Positions 24,297-34,628 of a stretch of DNA of 64,000 nt are shown here, one piece after another. Each line of letters begins with the position of its first letter. Within the stretch, counting starts at the first letter, position 1. Below the pieces are notes generated by a model. That model had not been told where the DNA came from, did no database searches, and saw nothing but the letters and a program-made list of their open reading frames with translations. The position numbers and the translations under genes were made by a program. This stretch comes from a bacterium (GTDB lineage Bacteria; Vulcanimicrobiota; JAZDOK01), in contig JAZDOK010000095.1 of assembly GCA_043798715.1 (NCBI GenBank), positions 6,284 through 70,283 of the forward strand, in the 5' to 3' direction.

Positions 24297-26623
24297 CAGA
24301 CGCACTCCTCCTGTTTGATGGCTTTCAGGCCGACGCCCGGAAAGGCTGCGACCAGAGATGTTCCGACCTGTATAAGGATGCCCTCACCCCAGAGAGTATG
24401 ACAAACCTTGTCTCCCGTGCGGTATTGCGCATTTTGTGCGGAGCCGTTCTTCTTGACCAGGAAGGAGGCCTGAATGAGTTTTTCGCCTTTTTCCGGGAAG
24501 AGAACCTTAATTTCCTCCCTCTGGGCGGAGAGCACCGTACCCTCGCCCCAGAGTTTGTGCACGACGGCATCCCCGGTATGGAAAGAAGGCACGGGCTCCG
24601 TTGAGAAGGATGGAGCGCCTCTTTTTTTACCCCGCGGTACCTGCGCGGAGGCCGATGCAGGGGCCGGCGCGGGAACCGGCTCGACATACTGAGACCAACC
24701 AAGACTTTCCTGCGCATTCAGCCGCTCCGGCGGAATTTCCCGAAGGAACCGGGAGGGGAGCGTCTCCATCGTGCGGCCGAAGATGCTACGGCAGGAGGCC
24801 CGCGTGAGATAAAGCTTCTCGCGGGAGCGGGTCATCCCGACGTAACAGAGGCGGCGTTCCTCCTCTATTTCCTGGGTTGACTGCAGGGAACGGCTGTGGG
24901 GGAAGAGCCCCTCCTCGAGGCCGCAGAGGAAGACCACGGGAAATTCCAGGCCCTTGGCGGCATGGAGGGTCATTAAGGTGACGGCCGGTTTGCTTTCATC
25001 CCAGGTGTCCATATCGGTCAGAAGCGAGATTTCGGCCAGAAAGTTTTCGAGGGTGCATTCCTCGGCGTTCTTCTCGAATTCCATCGTGACCGTATAGAGC
25101 TCTTCCACGTTTTCCAGGCGGGCGATGGCCTCGGCGGTCATCTCGGCTTCGAGGCTCTGCCGGTAACCGCTCTCCTCCACCACCGTCCGGATGAGAGCGG
25201 TGAGGCCCGCCTCGGCCGCCTTCAGTCTCCAAGACTGAATCTGGCGGGAGAACTTGCGAAGTTTCTCCCAGGTCTTCGGGGCGATCCCCTCCGGGGCCGG
25301 CTCCTCCTCCAGAATTGAAAAGAGGCTTTTATCCTCGCGTCCGGCCGCCCCGGTCAGGCGTTCCAGGGTAACGGCCCCGATGCCTCGCGGCGGCACATTT
25401 ATAATACGCCTCAGGTTTACGTTGTCATCCGGGTTGGCGATGACCCGCAGGTATGCCAGGACGTCTTTGATCTCTTTACGGTCGTAGAATCTGACATTCC
25501 CGATAAGCTTGTAGGGAAGGCCCTCGCGGATGAGCCGCTCCTCAAAAGCCCTGGACTGGGCGTTGGTGCGGTAGAGAATGACGAAATCCCCATAGGCCCT
25601 TCCACGGGCCAGCAGGCTTTTTATTTCATCCGTCACCCAGGCGGCCTCGTCCCGCTCGTCAATGGCGCAGTAGGCCTCTATTTTCTCCCCCTCGGCATTT
25701 TTGGTCCAGAGAGTCTTGGGTTTCCGGCCCTCGTTGTTCCTTACAACCTGGTTGGCGGCATCCAGAATCGTTTGGGTCGAGCGGTAGTTCTGCTCCAGCT
25801 TGATGATGCGGGCCTCGGAGAAATCCTTCTCGAAGCGAAGGATAAGCGAGACGTCGGCCCCCCGGAAGCCGTATATGGACTGGTCGTCGTCTCCCACGGC
25901 GAAGAGATTGCGGTGTTTTTGGGCCAGCATCTGGATGAGCACGTACTGGGAGTAGTTGATGTCCTGGTACTCGTCAATCAGGACGTGCACGAATTGCTCC
26001 TGGTAGCGGGCCAGGATTTCCGGGTTGTTCTTAAGTAGTAGGACGGTCCTCATGATGAGATCGTCGAAATCCAGGGCCCCGTTCTGAGCCAGCTTCTTTT
26101 GATAAAGGGGATAGATTTTGGCGACGAGATCCTCAAAGTACCCGGAGGAGGCGCGAGCGGACTCGGCGGGCTCCACCAGGCGTCCTTTGAGGCGGCTTAT
26201 GACGGCCAGGATGGCACTGGCCGGGTGGGCCTTCTCGTCGAGGTCGAGTTCGCGCAGGCACTCCCGGACGACCGAGAGCTGGTCGGAATGATCGTAGATG
26301 GCGAAGCTTTTTTCCACGCCGGCCGCTTCGTTTTCCCGCCGCAGGATGCGCACCCCGATCGAATGAAACGTGCCCAGCCAGGGCAGAAATTTAATGCTGA
26401 GGAGATTTATTATCCGCTCCTTCATCTCGCCGGCGGCCTTGTTGGTGAAGGTGACCGCCAGGATCTGGTGAGGTTTGACTATCCGGTCGTGGATGAGGCG
26501 GGCGATGCGGCAGGTGAGGACGCGGGTCTTGCCGCTTCCGGCACCGGCCAGCACTAAAAGAGGCCCCTCTCCATGAAGGACCGCCTCTTTCTGACGCTCG
26601 TTGAGAGAATCGAGGAATTCCAC
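24296..26623 (-). CDS. pcrA: SF1A DNA helicase PcrA/UvrD
   Basis: AGAGSGKT, TFTNKAA, DEYQD, VGDDDQSIY, QNYRS, HAAKGLEF, EEERRLCYV. Confidence 0.95.
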
Positions 26624-26682
26624 GGCTCAGGATTTCTCGCCGGAGAGGCTTATTTCCTGTTCAGCTTTCAGGGAGCGTTCCG

Positions 26683-27471
26683 CTAAAACCGGTAGAGCAG
26701 ATTGAATCCCCAGCCGTCCACGTCCACTTTCAGGGGGAGATTGCTTTTGCCCTCGATGTTGTCTTTTGTATAGACCACCTGGGCGGACAGGTGGGATATA
26801 AGCTGCTGGGTCAGGCCCAGGTTGGTCTGGGTGTGAGCCAGGGTGAAATCCGGCTGCCCCTGCAGAGTCGGGAACCATATCGCGTTAACAAAAAACGAGG
26901 TGCTTTTCCCAAGGGCCAGGTTCGCGTTTAACCCACCGCCCCACCCCGAGGCGTCATAATTTTTTCTTCTCACGTAATCCTTGACATTCTCGAAACCAAG
27001 CAAGAGTGACAGGCTGTTCTTCCCTCTCCTATAGAGGCTGTAATTTATAGATGGCTGAAAAATTTGCATGTCAAGATCGGTGCAGATGGTGTTTTTGTAG
27101 TAGAGGCCGATCCCCCATCTCCGGCTCACGTTCACCAGCGCCTGAGCGGAGGTGCTGGTGTATTTAAAGGCGCCATCCCCGGCCGAAAAGGTTTTGGCCT
27201 CTATGAAACTCTGGTGCATAAAGGTATATTTGGCCCGGTAGTAGAGGTCATTCAGTTTATGGCTGCTTACAAACCTGTTGAAAGTAGCCAGGTACTGATA
27301 GTTATAGTAACCTGCACCCAGAGTCAAATCCCCCAGCATTATTTGAGCACCGCCCCCCTGATGACTCGACGATGATTTCACAGACGCACCGGCTCCATCG
27401 GCATAGGCCGCACCGGTGAAGAGCATTAAACTTATTAACAAGACAATCCAGATCTTAAAAATTCGATTCAT
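26683..27471 (-). CDS. Probable outer-membrane beta-barrel protein
   Basis: Signal peptide (AYA), alternating aromatic beta-strands, C-terminal ..LLYRF. Confidence 0.65.
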   Translation of the reverse strand: MNRIFKIWIVLLISLMLFTGAAYADGAGASVKSSSSHQGGGAQIMLGDLTLGAGYYNYQYLATFNRFVSSHKLNDLYYRAKYTFMHQSFIEAKTFSAGDGAFKYTSTSAQALVNVSRRWGIGLYYKNTICTDLDMQIFQPSINYSLYRRGKNSLSLLLGFENVKDYVRRKNYDASGWGGGLNANLALGKSTSFFVNAIWFPTLQGQPDFTLAHTQTNLGLTQQLISHLSAQVVYTKDNIEGKSNLPLKVDVDGWGFNLLYRF

Positions 27472-27566
27472 GAACCCACCCCCCTGTTTAAAAAATTCGC
27501 TATAGAGAGGCGAAGTCCTTGAAGTCTTAACTTGCGTTTAAGTAATTTTAGGGTTAAACTTACGGC

Positions 27567-27833
27567 GTGAACGTCGAAGAAAAACAGGCCCTTATCGAAA
27601 AGCTGGCCCGGGCGGTCGTGAGACGCAGAATGACCACCCCGGCCATTTTATTCCTGGAATCGGTAAAACCACTGAGTTTCGTCGGAAACCAGGTCCTGCT
27701 GGCCCTGGACCCCATTATCAAGATTTTCGCCACCATCGAGGACTACGGCCAGATCGCCGCCCTGCTGGAAGACCGCGAAAACATCGAGACGCTCATCCTC
27801 AAGATAGAGAGAATGGAAAGCGAACACGAATAA
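27567..27833 (+). CDS. Hypothetical protein (possibly leaderless)
   Basis: 88 aa, PAILFLES.KPL..LLEDREN.E; TTGCGT-17-TAAACT (27532-27560) ends 7 bp before the GTG. Confidence 0.7.
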   Translation: MNVEEKQALIEKLARAVVRRRMTTPAILFLESVKPLSFVGNQVLLALDPIIKIFATIEDYGQIAALLEDRENIETLILKIERMESEHE

Positions 27834-27889
27834 GAAATCTCTTATTTGTCCGCGTATTTCGCATTGCCCTGGATGAATTTACGGATATT

Positions 27890-29071
27890 CTAATCCGGTT
27901 GTTCTATGGTTCCTAATTGCTTGACCTGGTCGTCTTCAATGAAATAAACGCTCTTGCCGCTGCCAAAGTAAACTTTACTGCCATCAGTGCCCAGGCTCTC
28001 AACGAGGCGGTTGCCGAGGTCCTTGATGCCGGTCCCGGTTGTTCCGTCAGTAGACAGAATGATAGAACCGATGAGGACATAGACCTTCACTCCCTGGCTG
28101 CAGATTATTTTGATATTTCCCTCGCTGAAGGTGTAATAGGTACCGGCGGATTCCCCGTCGGTCCAGAAAACCGAGTTCCCTATGGCGGCAAAAACCCGGC
28201 GGCCGTCCCCGGGGGAGATTGAGGTGATCGCGCCCTCCCCGAAGGTGTAATAGGTACCGGCGGACGCTCCATCCGACCATAGAACGGAATTGCCGATAGC
28301 GGCAAAAACCTTTTCATTATTGGCGGCGAGAGCCTTGATATTTCCCTCGCTGAAGGTATAGTATTTCTTCGTGTAGTTGCCCTCCGAGACGTAGACGGTA
28401 TTATTCACTGCCAGAAAGATTTTTTCTCCCGCTGAGGCCATCGCCGATACGGAACCGTATTTCAAGATGTTACGCAGCGAGGGGCTCCCTTGATCGAAAT
28501 TGTAAATCATACCGTTTTTCAACACATAGAAATGACCATCGGATGAAGCGATGAGGAGTGGCAGCGAAATCGCGTTCTGAGTGGCAGGGGTTGGGGTTAC
28601 GGCCGGAATGGCCGGAACATCCGGAGCGGCTGAAACGGCTGGCTTTACTGGCTTCAGCAACGCAGAGATTTTCCCTGATATTTCATCCGCGGCGGAATCG
28701 GGATCCTGGATTTTTTTACATGAATAGAGCATTTTGACCGGGGTTGCTATTTTTCCGACTTTTTTCAGGCTTACCACTCCGGCAAATAGAACGTCCTTAT
28801 AGGTTATTCCCAGATTCTTACTGCAGAAATTTCTTTCATTGAGAACGTTAACATGGTAGGTATATATTGGGAGAGATAATTTCTTTTTCTTCAGTTCTTT
28901 CTGCAGTTCAATAAAACGCTGGCGAATGATTTCCTCATTCTGAGACACATCCTTATTGAGGCTGTTTCCCACGATCACGAGACCGGTATTGGAAAGGTCG
29001 GCAGCATAGGCAAACTGCAGGACCAATACCGAACAAACCAGGAAGAACAGAATCCGAAGCGCCGTTTTCAT
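27890..29071 (-). CDS. Exported protein with Pro/Ala linker and ~38-aa tandem beta-repeats
   Basis: Signal peptide; repeats YYTFSEGNI...VFAAIGNSV.W.DG.SAGT. Confidence 0.7.
   Translation of the reverse strand: MKTALRILFFLVCSVLVLQFAYAADLSNTGLVIVGNSLNKDVSQNEEIIRQRFIELQKELKKKKLSLPIYTYHVNVLNERNFCSKNLGITYKDVLFAGVVSLKKVGKIATPVKMLYSCKKIQDPDSAADEISGKISALLKPVKPAVSAAPDVPAIPAVTPTPATQNAISLPLLIASSDGHFYVLKNGMIYNFDQGSPSLRNILKYGSVSAMASAGEKIFLAVNNTVYVSEGNYTKKYYTFSEGNIKALAANNEKVFAAIGNSVLWSDGASAGTYYTFGEGAITSISPGDGRRVFAAIGNSVFWTDGESAGTYYTFSEGNIKIICSQGVKVYVLIGSIILSTDGTTGTGIKDLGNRLVESLGTDGSKVYFGSGKSVYFIEDDQVKQLGTIEQPD
28112..28358 (-). repeat. Intragenic tandem repeat, period about 114 bp
   Basis: gaaggtgtaataggtaccggcgga at 28127 and 28241; gatatttccctcgctgaaggt at 28112 and 28338. 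Confidence 0.75.
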
Positions 29072-29264
29072 AATTATTACCTCCCGCCACTTTATGACAA
29101 GTTGTTTTTCCAGAAACGAATTTCATAATCCTGCCGGTTCGATAAAGAACCCTCCTCGATGAAATGTTCCCACCGCTCCGGACATATCAGCCAGGACGAA
29201 GTTTTCGGCAGGATTTGCGGCCTTCCGCGTCTAAATTTATCTCTGCCGAAGGAGTGACGAGCAG

Positions 29265-30398
29265 ATGATTCCAAGCAAGAATTTCGACAAACTCACCGAA
29301 GAAGATCTCTACGAGCTCATCGATCAGCAGATGGCCGAGGGCTTTCTGCTGGAGTACAAAAGGGATTTCCCCAAGACCAATGTGAAACTGGCCAAGGGCA
29401 TCGCCTCCTTCGCCAACACCTACGGCGGCCATATTTTTCTGGGCGTCGAGGCCGATAAAGTCCAGAATAAACCGGTGGAGATCGTCGGCATTGCCCTTGA
29501 AAACGGGCTCAAGGAGAAGGTCAAAAACATCATCCGGGATTACATCCAGCCTCTCCCCCTCTTCCGAACCCGCCTCATCCCCCTCTCCAGGATGCCGGGA
29601 CGCGGGGTCCTGGTCATCCACATCCCGGAAAGCTCCATCACCCCTCATTTCGTCAGGGGCCAGATCTACATCCGAACGGCTGAATCCGCCGAACCCATCC
29701 CCCTCTCCGAGCGCTTCGCCATCGAAAAGCTCATTGAAAAGCAGAAAGACGCCAAGGAGACCGTCCGGGCCTGGCTGGCCCAGCGGGACAACGGCCTCCA
29801 CGCCCCCGAGATGGAACATGCCTACTGGCTCTCCTTCATCTGTTCGCCGACGGTGGTCAACGAGGCGCTGATCCCGGTTTTTAAGGAAAATTTCTGGGAC
29901 TTCCTGAGGAAGGCGGCCACTCCGCTGGTGGGAGGCGTTGACGAAATCACGCAGAACAGCTTTCTCCGCTTCGTGGATAAAAAAACGCCCCGCAACCTCC
30001 CCACGGAATTTCTGGAAGTCTGCACCAACGGCCTGGTGGAATACGCGGTCGAGGGCAGCAAGGCGGAGGCCAGAAAGAGCCTCTCCAAGGCCTGGGTCAA
30101 CGGGAAGCTGATTAAATTTTTAAGAACGGTCCGGGAGATTTACCTCCACCCCGCTGTTGATTACTACGGGGAGCTCCGGCTGGTCATCGCCCTTAACCGC
30201 ATCAAGGGCGTCCACTATGTCATTCATGAGCCGCTGAACGGCTCTTTCGTCGAAAACTCCCAGGCCTACCAGAAAATATTTCTTCTGATCAAGCGGGAGA
30301 TCGACGTCCCCTCCATCGAGAACAACGCCGACGAGATAATGGACTCCATCAACCGGGAAATTTACCGGAGCTTCGGGGTCAAAGTCTTTGAGAAATAG
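29265..30398 (+). CDS. Schlafen/AlbA_2-domain protein
   Basis: EGFLLEYK...IASFANTYGGHIFLGV...YIRT. Confidence 0.85.
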   Translation: MIPSKNFDKLTEEDLYELIDQQMAEGFLLEYKRDFPKTNVKLAKGIASFANTYGGHIFLGVEADKVQNKPVEIVGIALENGLKEKVKNIIRDYIQPLPLFRTRLIPLSRMPGRGVLVIHIPESSITPHFVRGQIYIRTAESAEPIPLSERFAIEKLIEKQKDAKETVRAWLAQRDNGLHAPEMEHAYWLSFICSPTVVNEALIPVFKENFWDFLRKAATPLVGGVDEITQNSFLRFVDKKTPRNLPTEFLEVCTNGLVEYAVEGSKAEARKSLSKAWVNGKLIKFLRTVREIYLHPAVDYYGELRLVIALNRIKGVHYVIHEPLNGSFVENSQAYQKIFLLIKREIDVPSIENNADEIMDSINREIYRSFGVKVFEK

Positions 30399-30413
30399 TT
30401 TCGTCACCGGCGC

Positions 30414-32210
30414 ATGAAGAACAAAGAAGAAATTTCCAGCATCCTGGCCACGGACTGCGGAAGCACCACCACCAAGGCCATCTTAATTGAGAAAAGGGGC
30501 GGGGAATTCCGCCTGGTGGTGCGCGGAGAGGCGCCGACCACGGTTGAGGCCCCGGTGGAGGATGTGACCCGCGGGGTCATAAACGCGGTAACGGAAGTCC
30601 AGGAGCTGGCCGGACGCCCGCTTCTTTCAGGCGACCGCCTCATCAAGCCGCGCCGTGAGAACCAGGGGGTGGATGCCTACCTGTCCACCAGTTCCGCCGG
30701 AGGGGGCCTCCAGATGCTGGTGGGCGGGGTGGTCCGCGAGATGACCGCCGCCTCTGCCCAGCGGGCGGCCCTCGGCGCCGGGGCCGTAGTAATTGACGTC
30801 ATCGCCTCAAATGACCGCCGCCTGCCCCATGAGAAAATAGAGAGAATCCGCGCGCTTCGTCCCGATATGTTCCTGCTCTCGGGCGGAGTGGACGGGGGAA
30901 CGGTCACGCACGTGGTGGAAATAGCGGAGCTCATCGCGGCGGCCGATCCGGCTCCCCGCCTGGGCGCCAGCTACCGCCTCCCGGTAATCTACGCCGGAAA
31001 CATTCTGGCCCGGGATGCCGTGCAGGACATCCTGGGAGGGAGAACCTCGCTCGTCATCACCGAAAATATCCGGCCGGTGCTGGAGCGCGAGAACCTGGGA
31101 CCGGCCCGCCAGGAAATTCAAAAGCTCTTTCTCGAACACGTCATGGCCCATGCTCCCGGCTACCGCACGCTCATGGAGTGGACCGATGCCGACATCATGC
31201 CCACCCCGGCCGCGGTCGGCCTCATCATGCAGAAGATTGCGGAAAAATACGGAATAAACGTGCTCGGAGTGGACATCGGGGGGGCGACCACCGATGTATT
31301 CTCCGTCTTTGGGGGCCGCTTCAACCGCACCGTAAGCGCCAATTACGGCATGAGTTACAGCATCTCCAATGTCTTTGCCGATGCGACTCTTCCGGGAATC
31401 AGGCGCTGGCTGCCTTTTGAGGCCGATGAAAAGACCCTGAGGAACCGGGTAAAAAACAAGATGATCCGCCCCACCACCATCCCCCAGACCCTGGAGGACC
31501 TGATGCTGGAGCAGGCCATAGCGCGGGAGGCCCTCCGCCTGTCCTTCATCCAGCACATGGAGCTGGCCACTGAATTGACGGGCGTTCAGCAGGAGCGCAC
31601 CATCGCGGACACCTTCGATCAATCGGAGAGCGGAAAGGCACTGGTCAGCCTGATGACGCTCGACATGCTCATCGGGAGCGGGGGCGTCCTGTCCCATGCC
31701 CCGGACAGGAAGCAGGCAGCCCTGATGATGATGGACGCCTTTCTCCCCGAGGGGGTGACGCAACTGGCGGTGGATTCCATATTCATGATGCCCCAGCTCG
31801 GTGTGCTCTCTCAGATTCACCCGGAGGCGGCCACCCAGGTCTTTGAGAAGGACTGCCTCATCCTGCTGGGCACCTGCATCGCGCCCGTGGGGGCCATAAA
31901 AGAAGGCCGGAAGGCGCTCACCGCCTCTTTCGTATTTTCCGACGGAAAGCTATTGGAGGCGGAGGTCCTCTCCGGAGACATCATGGTCGTTCCGCTGGCC
32001 GAAAACGAGACGGCGAAAGTCGTGCTGGAGCCGGCCCGCGGCCTTAACCTCGGCGCCGGAAAAGGACAGAAGCTGGAGGCGACCGTCCGGGGCGGCGTGG
32101 CGGGGATAATCCTGGATTGCCGGGGGAGGCGCCCCTTCCCGCTTGCTGAAAACCCCGCCTCTCACAGCGAAAAAATCATGGCCTGGAACAAGGCCCTGGG
32201 GGTATTTTAA
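30414..32210 (+). CDS. GlmL/MutL-like (glutamate mutase accessory) actin-fold ATPase
   Basis: TDCGSTTTKA, SSAGGGL, LLSGGVDGG, IMPTP, VDIGGATTD, GSGGVLSH. Confidence 0.8.
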   Translation: MKNKEEISSILATDCGSTTTKAILIEKRGGEFRLVVRGEAPTTVEAPVEDVTRGVINAVTEVQELAGRPLLSGDRLIKPRRENQGVDAYLSTSSAGGGLQMLVGGVVREMTAASAQRAALGAGAVVIDVIASNDRRLPHEKIERIRALRPDMFLLSGGVDGGTVTHVVEIAELIAAADPAPRLGASYRLPVIYAGNILARDAVQDILGGRTSLVITENIRPVLERENLGPARQEIQKLFLEHVMAHAPGYRTLMEWTDADIMPTPAAVGLIMQKIAEKYGINVLGVDIGGATTDVFSVFGGRFNRTVSANYGMSYSISNVFADATLPGIRRWLPFEADEKTLRNRVKNKMIRPTTIPQTLEDLMLEQAIAREALRLSFIQHMELATELTGVQQERTIADTFDQSESGKALVSLMTLDMLIGSGGVLSHAPDRKQAALMMMDAFLPEGVTQLAVDSIFMMPQLGVLSQIHPEAATQVFEKDCLILLGTCIAPVGAIKEGRKALTASFVFSDGKLLEAEVLSGDIMVVPLAENETAKVVLEPARGLNLGAGKGQKLEATVRGGVAGIILDCRGRRPFPLAENPASHSEKIMAWNKALGVF

Positions 32211-32211
32211 G

Positions 32212-33336
32212 ATGGCGCACGCCTATACTCCCGGCCTTCGCATTTCGGAGAACAGCCTTTTTAAAAAAGAACGCCGCCTTCCCCTCAAGGGCGAAGTGCT
32301 GGTTTCCTCCGGCGATCATGTCGCCTGGGATACCGTCGTGGCCAGGACGCACCTTCCCGGCAGCGCGGAACTCGTAAATATCGCTAACAAGCTGGGGGTG
32401 GACCCGGAAGAGGTCCCATCACGCATGCTGAAAGAAAAAGGAGCGGCGGTGCAAAAAGGCGAGGAGCTGGCCCGCTCGCGGGGCCTCTTCGGTCTTTTTT
32501 CCTCCTCCGTCGCCTCTCCGGCCTCCGGTACGATTGAGTCCATATCCACGCTGACCGGACAGGTGATCATCCGCCTGCCCTCCGTCCCGGTGGAGGTCCT
32601 GGCCTACGTGGACGGCGTCGTCGAGCGGGTGCTTCCGGATGAGGGCGTGGTGCTTCGCTCCTTCGGCGCCTTTATCCAGGGCATCTTCGGGATCGGCGGC
32701 GAGAGGAGCGGAGAGCTTCTCATAGCGGTCCCCGACCCGGGAGCGCTTCTGGATGCCGCGAGGATTCTCCCCTCCCACCGCGGGAAAGTTCTGGTGGGAG
32801 GCTCCCGGGTCACGCGTGAGGCCGTTCAGGCCGCCATCCAGGCCGGGGTGTGCGGCATCATCTCCGGCGGAATAGACGACCTGGATCTGAAAGCTCTTCT
32901 GGGATACGATATGGGCGTGGCGGTGACCGGCTCCGAAAAAATCGGCCTGACCCTCATCATAACGGAGGGCTTCGGCGAAATCCGCATGGCGGAACGGACC
33001 TTCTCCCTCCTGAAAAAATATGAAGGTCGGCGAGCCTCCATCAACGGGGCCACGCAGATTCGGGCCGGAGTCATCCGCCCCGAGGTTCTCATCTCTTCTC
33101 CGGATGCAGCCGGGCTTTCCGGGGAGGCAAATGAAGATGCCGGCGGCATTGCCGTCGGAAGCCCGGTCCGCATCATCCGCGAACCATGGTTCGGAATACT
33201 GGCGAAGGTTTCAGCCCTTCCCTCCGAGCTTCAGCAGATAACGACCGGGGCCCGGGTGCGGGTTCTGGAGGTTGAGCTTCCCGATGGAAGACGCCTCACC
33301 CTGCCCCGCGCTAACATCGAGAGGATTGAAGGATGA
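32212..33336 (+). CDS. Conserved protein with barrel-sandwich hybrid-like N-terminus and C-terminal KOW-like segment
   Basis: GEVLV..GD.V, V.KGEELA..ASP.SGTIE; ATG 1 nt after the glmL-like stop. Confidence 0.7.
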   Translation: MAHAYTPGLRISENSLFKKERRLPLKGEVLVSSGDHVAWDTVVARTHLPGSAELVNIANKLGVDPEEVPSRMLKEKGAAVQKGEELARSRGLFGLFSSSVASPASGTIESISTLTGQVIIRLPSVPVEVLAYVDGVVERVLPDEGVVLRSFGAFIQGIFGIGGERSGELLIAVPDPGALLDAARILPSHRGKVLVGGSRVTREAVQAAIQAGVCGIISGGIDDLDLKALLGYDMGVAVTGSEKIGLTLIITEGFGEIRMAERTFSLLKKYEGRRASINGATQIRAGVIRPEVLISSPDAAGLSGEANEDAGGIAVGSPVRIIREPWFGILAKVSALPSELQQITTGARVRVLEVELPDGRRLTLPRANIERIEG

Positions 33337-34562
33337 TACGCCTGAGCGCCCCCCTCATTTACTCCCTGGAGATCACGGCGGCCTGCGACTCTCTTTGTCC
33401 AGGCTGCGGAAACGTCTTTGAGCGAACTGACAAGGAGGAACTCTCCCTTGGGCAATGGGAAACCGTCATCGGAAAAATACGCCCCTTCGCCGGAGAAGTG
33501 CGGGTCACGGGAGGCGAGCCGACGCTCCACCCTAAATTTTTCGAGATTCTGACTCTACTTGAGGAGGCCGCCCTCCCCTTCCATGTTTTCACCAACGGAC
33601 GCTGGCAAAATACTGAGGAACTTGTGTCGCGTCTTAAAGGATTCCGCCGCCTGGGATCGGTTCTCCTCTCCCTTCACGGCGCCAGATGGGAGACCCACAA
33701 CGTATTTTCCGTAAACACCACCCCCGAAATCTTCGAGCGCATCAAGGGAAATATTTCGGCTCTCAAGCAGGCCGGAATCCCGGTCAATACCAACACGGTC
33801 ATGGGGGCCTTCAACCTTCAGGAACTGGAAGAGATCTCCACTTTATCCCATGCTCTGGGAGCTGATAACGCCGCCTTTTCCCGATATATCGGGCCGCCCT
33901 CGGCGGCGCTGGGTTTCAGCGATGAGGCGCTTAAAAGCGCGCTGGGCCGCCTGGAGAACCTGCAAAAAAGAGGCCTTCCGGTCATTCTTGGAAACTGTAT
34001 CCCCAACTGCTTTTATCCCTCGAATGCCTCCGGCTGCCTGGCCGGAATCTCCTTCTGTACGATCGATCCCTTCGGAAATCTCAGGCCCTGCAACCACGCT
34101 CCGGGCTGCTACGGCAATCTTCTGAAGGAGAACATCCGGAAAATCTGGAACGGTCCGCAGATGCAGGCTTGGGCTGAACATCTGCCGGAAGAGTGCGAAG
34201 CCTGCGTATTAATATCAATTTGCCCCGGCGGCTGCCGGGCGGCCCGGGAATTGCTTTCCGCCGCCAAGGATCCCCTGGTCACCGGCGCCATAACGGCCTC
34301 AGAAAGGGGCCCCGAAAAGCCCCATCAGATCACCCTCGATGAAAGCCTCCGTCCCGTTCCCCACTACACCATGCGCCGGGAGCCCTTCGGCCTGGCCCTT
34401 ATCTCCGGTAATAGTTTTCTTCCCGTTGACGCCGGTGCCAAACAAATTCTTAAAAAAATTGATGGGAAAACACCCTTGCGGGAATTCGAAAAAATGTTCG
34501 GAGAAGAAGGCCTCGTCTTCATCTGCCGCCTGGCCCAGAAAGGATTCGTCGAGCTGCGTTAA
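33333..34562 (+). CDS. Radical SAM/SPASM enzyme with C-terminal PqqD/RRE-like domain
   Basis: CDSLCPGC, TGGEP, SPASM Cys set (CLAG..C.IDP.G..RPC..CEAC...CPGGC). Confidence 0.85.
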   Translation: MIRLSAPLIYSLEITAACDSLCPGCGNVFERTDKEELSLGQWETVIGKIRPFAGEVRVTGGEPTLHPKFFEILTLLEEAALPFHVFTNGRWQNTEELVSRLKGFRRLGSVLLSLHGARWETHNVFSVNTTPEIFERIKGNISALKQAGIPVNTNTVMGAFNLQELEEISTLSHALGADNAAFSRYIGPPSAALGFSDEALKSALGRLENLQKRGLPVILGNCIPNCFYPSNASGCLAGISFCTIDPFGNLRPCNHAPGCYGNLLKENIRKIWNGPQMQAWAEHLPEECEACVLISICPGGCRAARELLSAAKDPLVTGAITASERGPEKPHQITLDESLRPVPHYTMRREPFGLALISGNSFLPVDAGAKQILKKIDGKTPLREFEKMFGEEGLVFICRLAQKGFVELR

Positions 34563-34564
34563 AG

Positions 34565-34628
34565 GTTGAACGGTGCGGGGCAGCGGCGCGAGCGACAGCC
34601 AGCGTCCGCCTGCAGCCGCTGGTTATGC
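34565..34628 (-). mobile_element. attC site
   Basis: Minus strand GCATAAC-cagcggcTGCAGGCGGAC...CGCGCCGCTGC...GTTCAAC, 64 bp imperfect palindrome overlapping the cassette stop codon. Confidence 0.75.

Noticed and set aside
30807-31820. 337-aa - strand ORF
   Set aside because: Antisense shadow of the glmL-like gene
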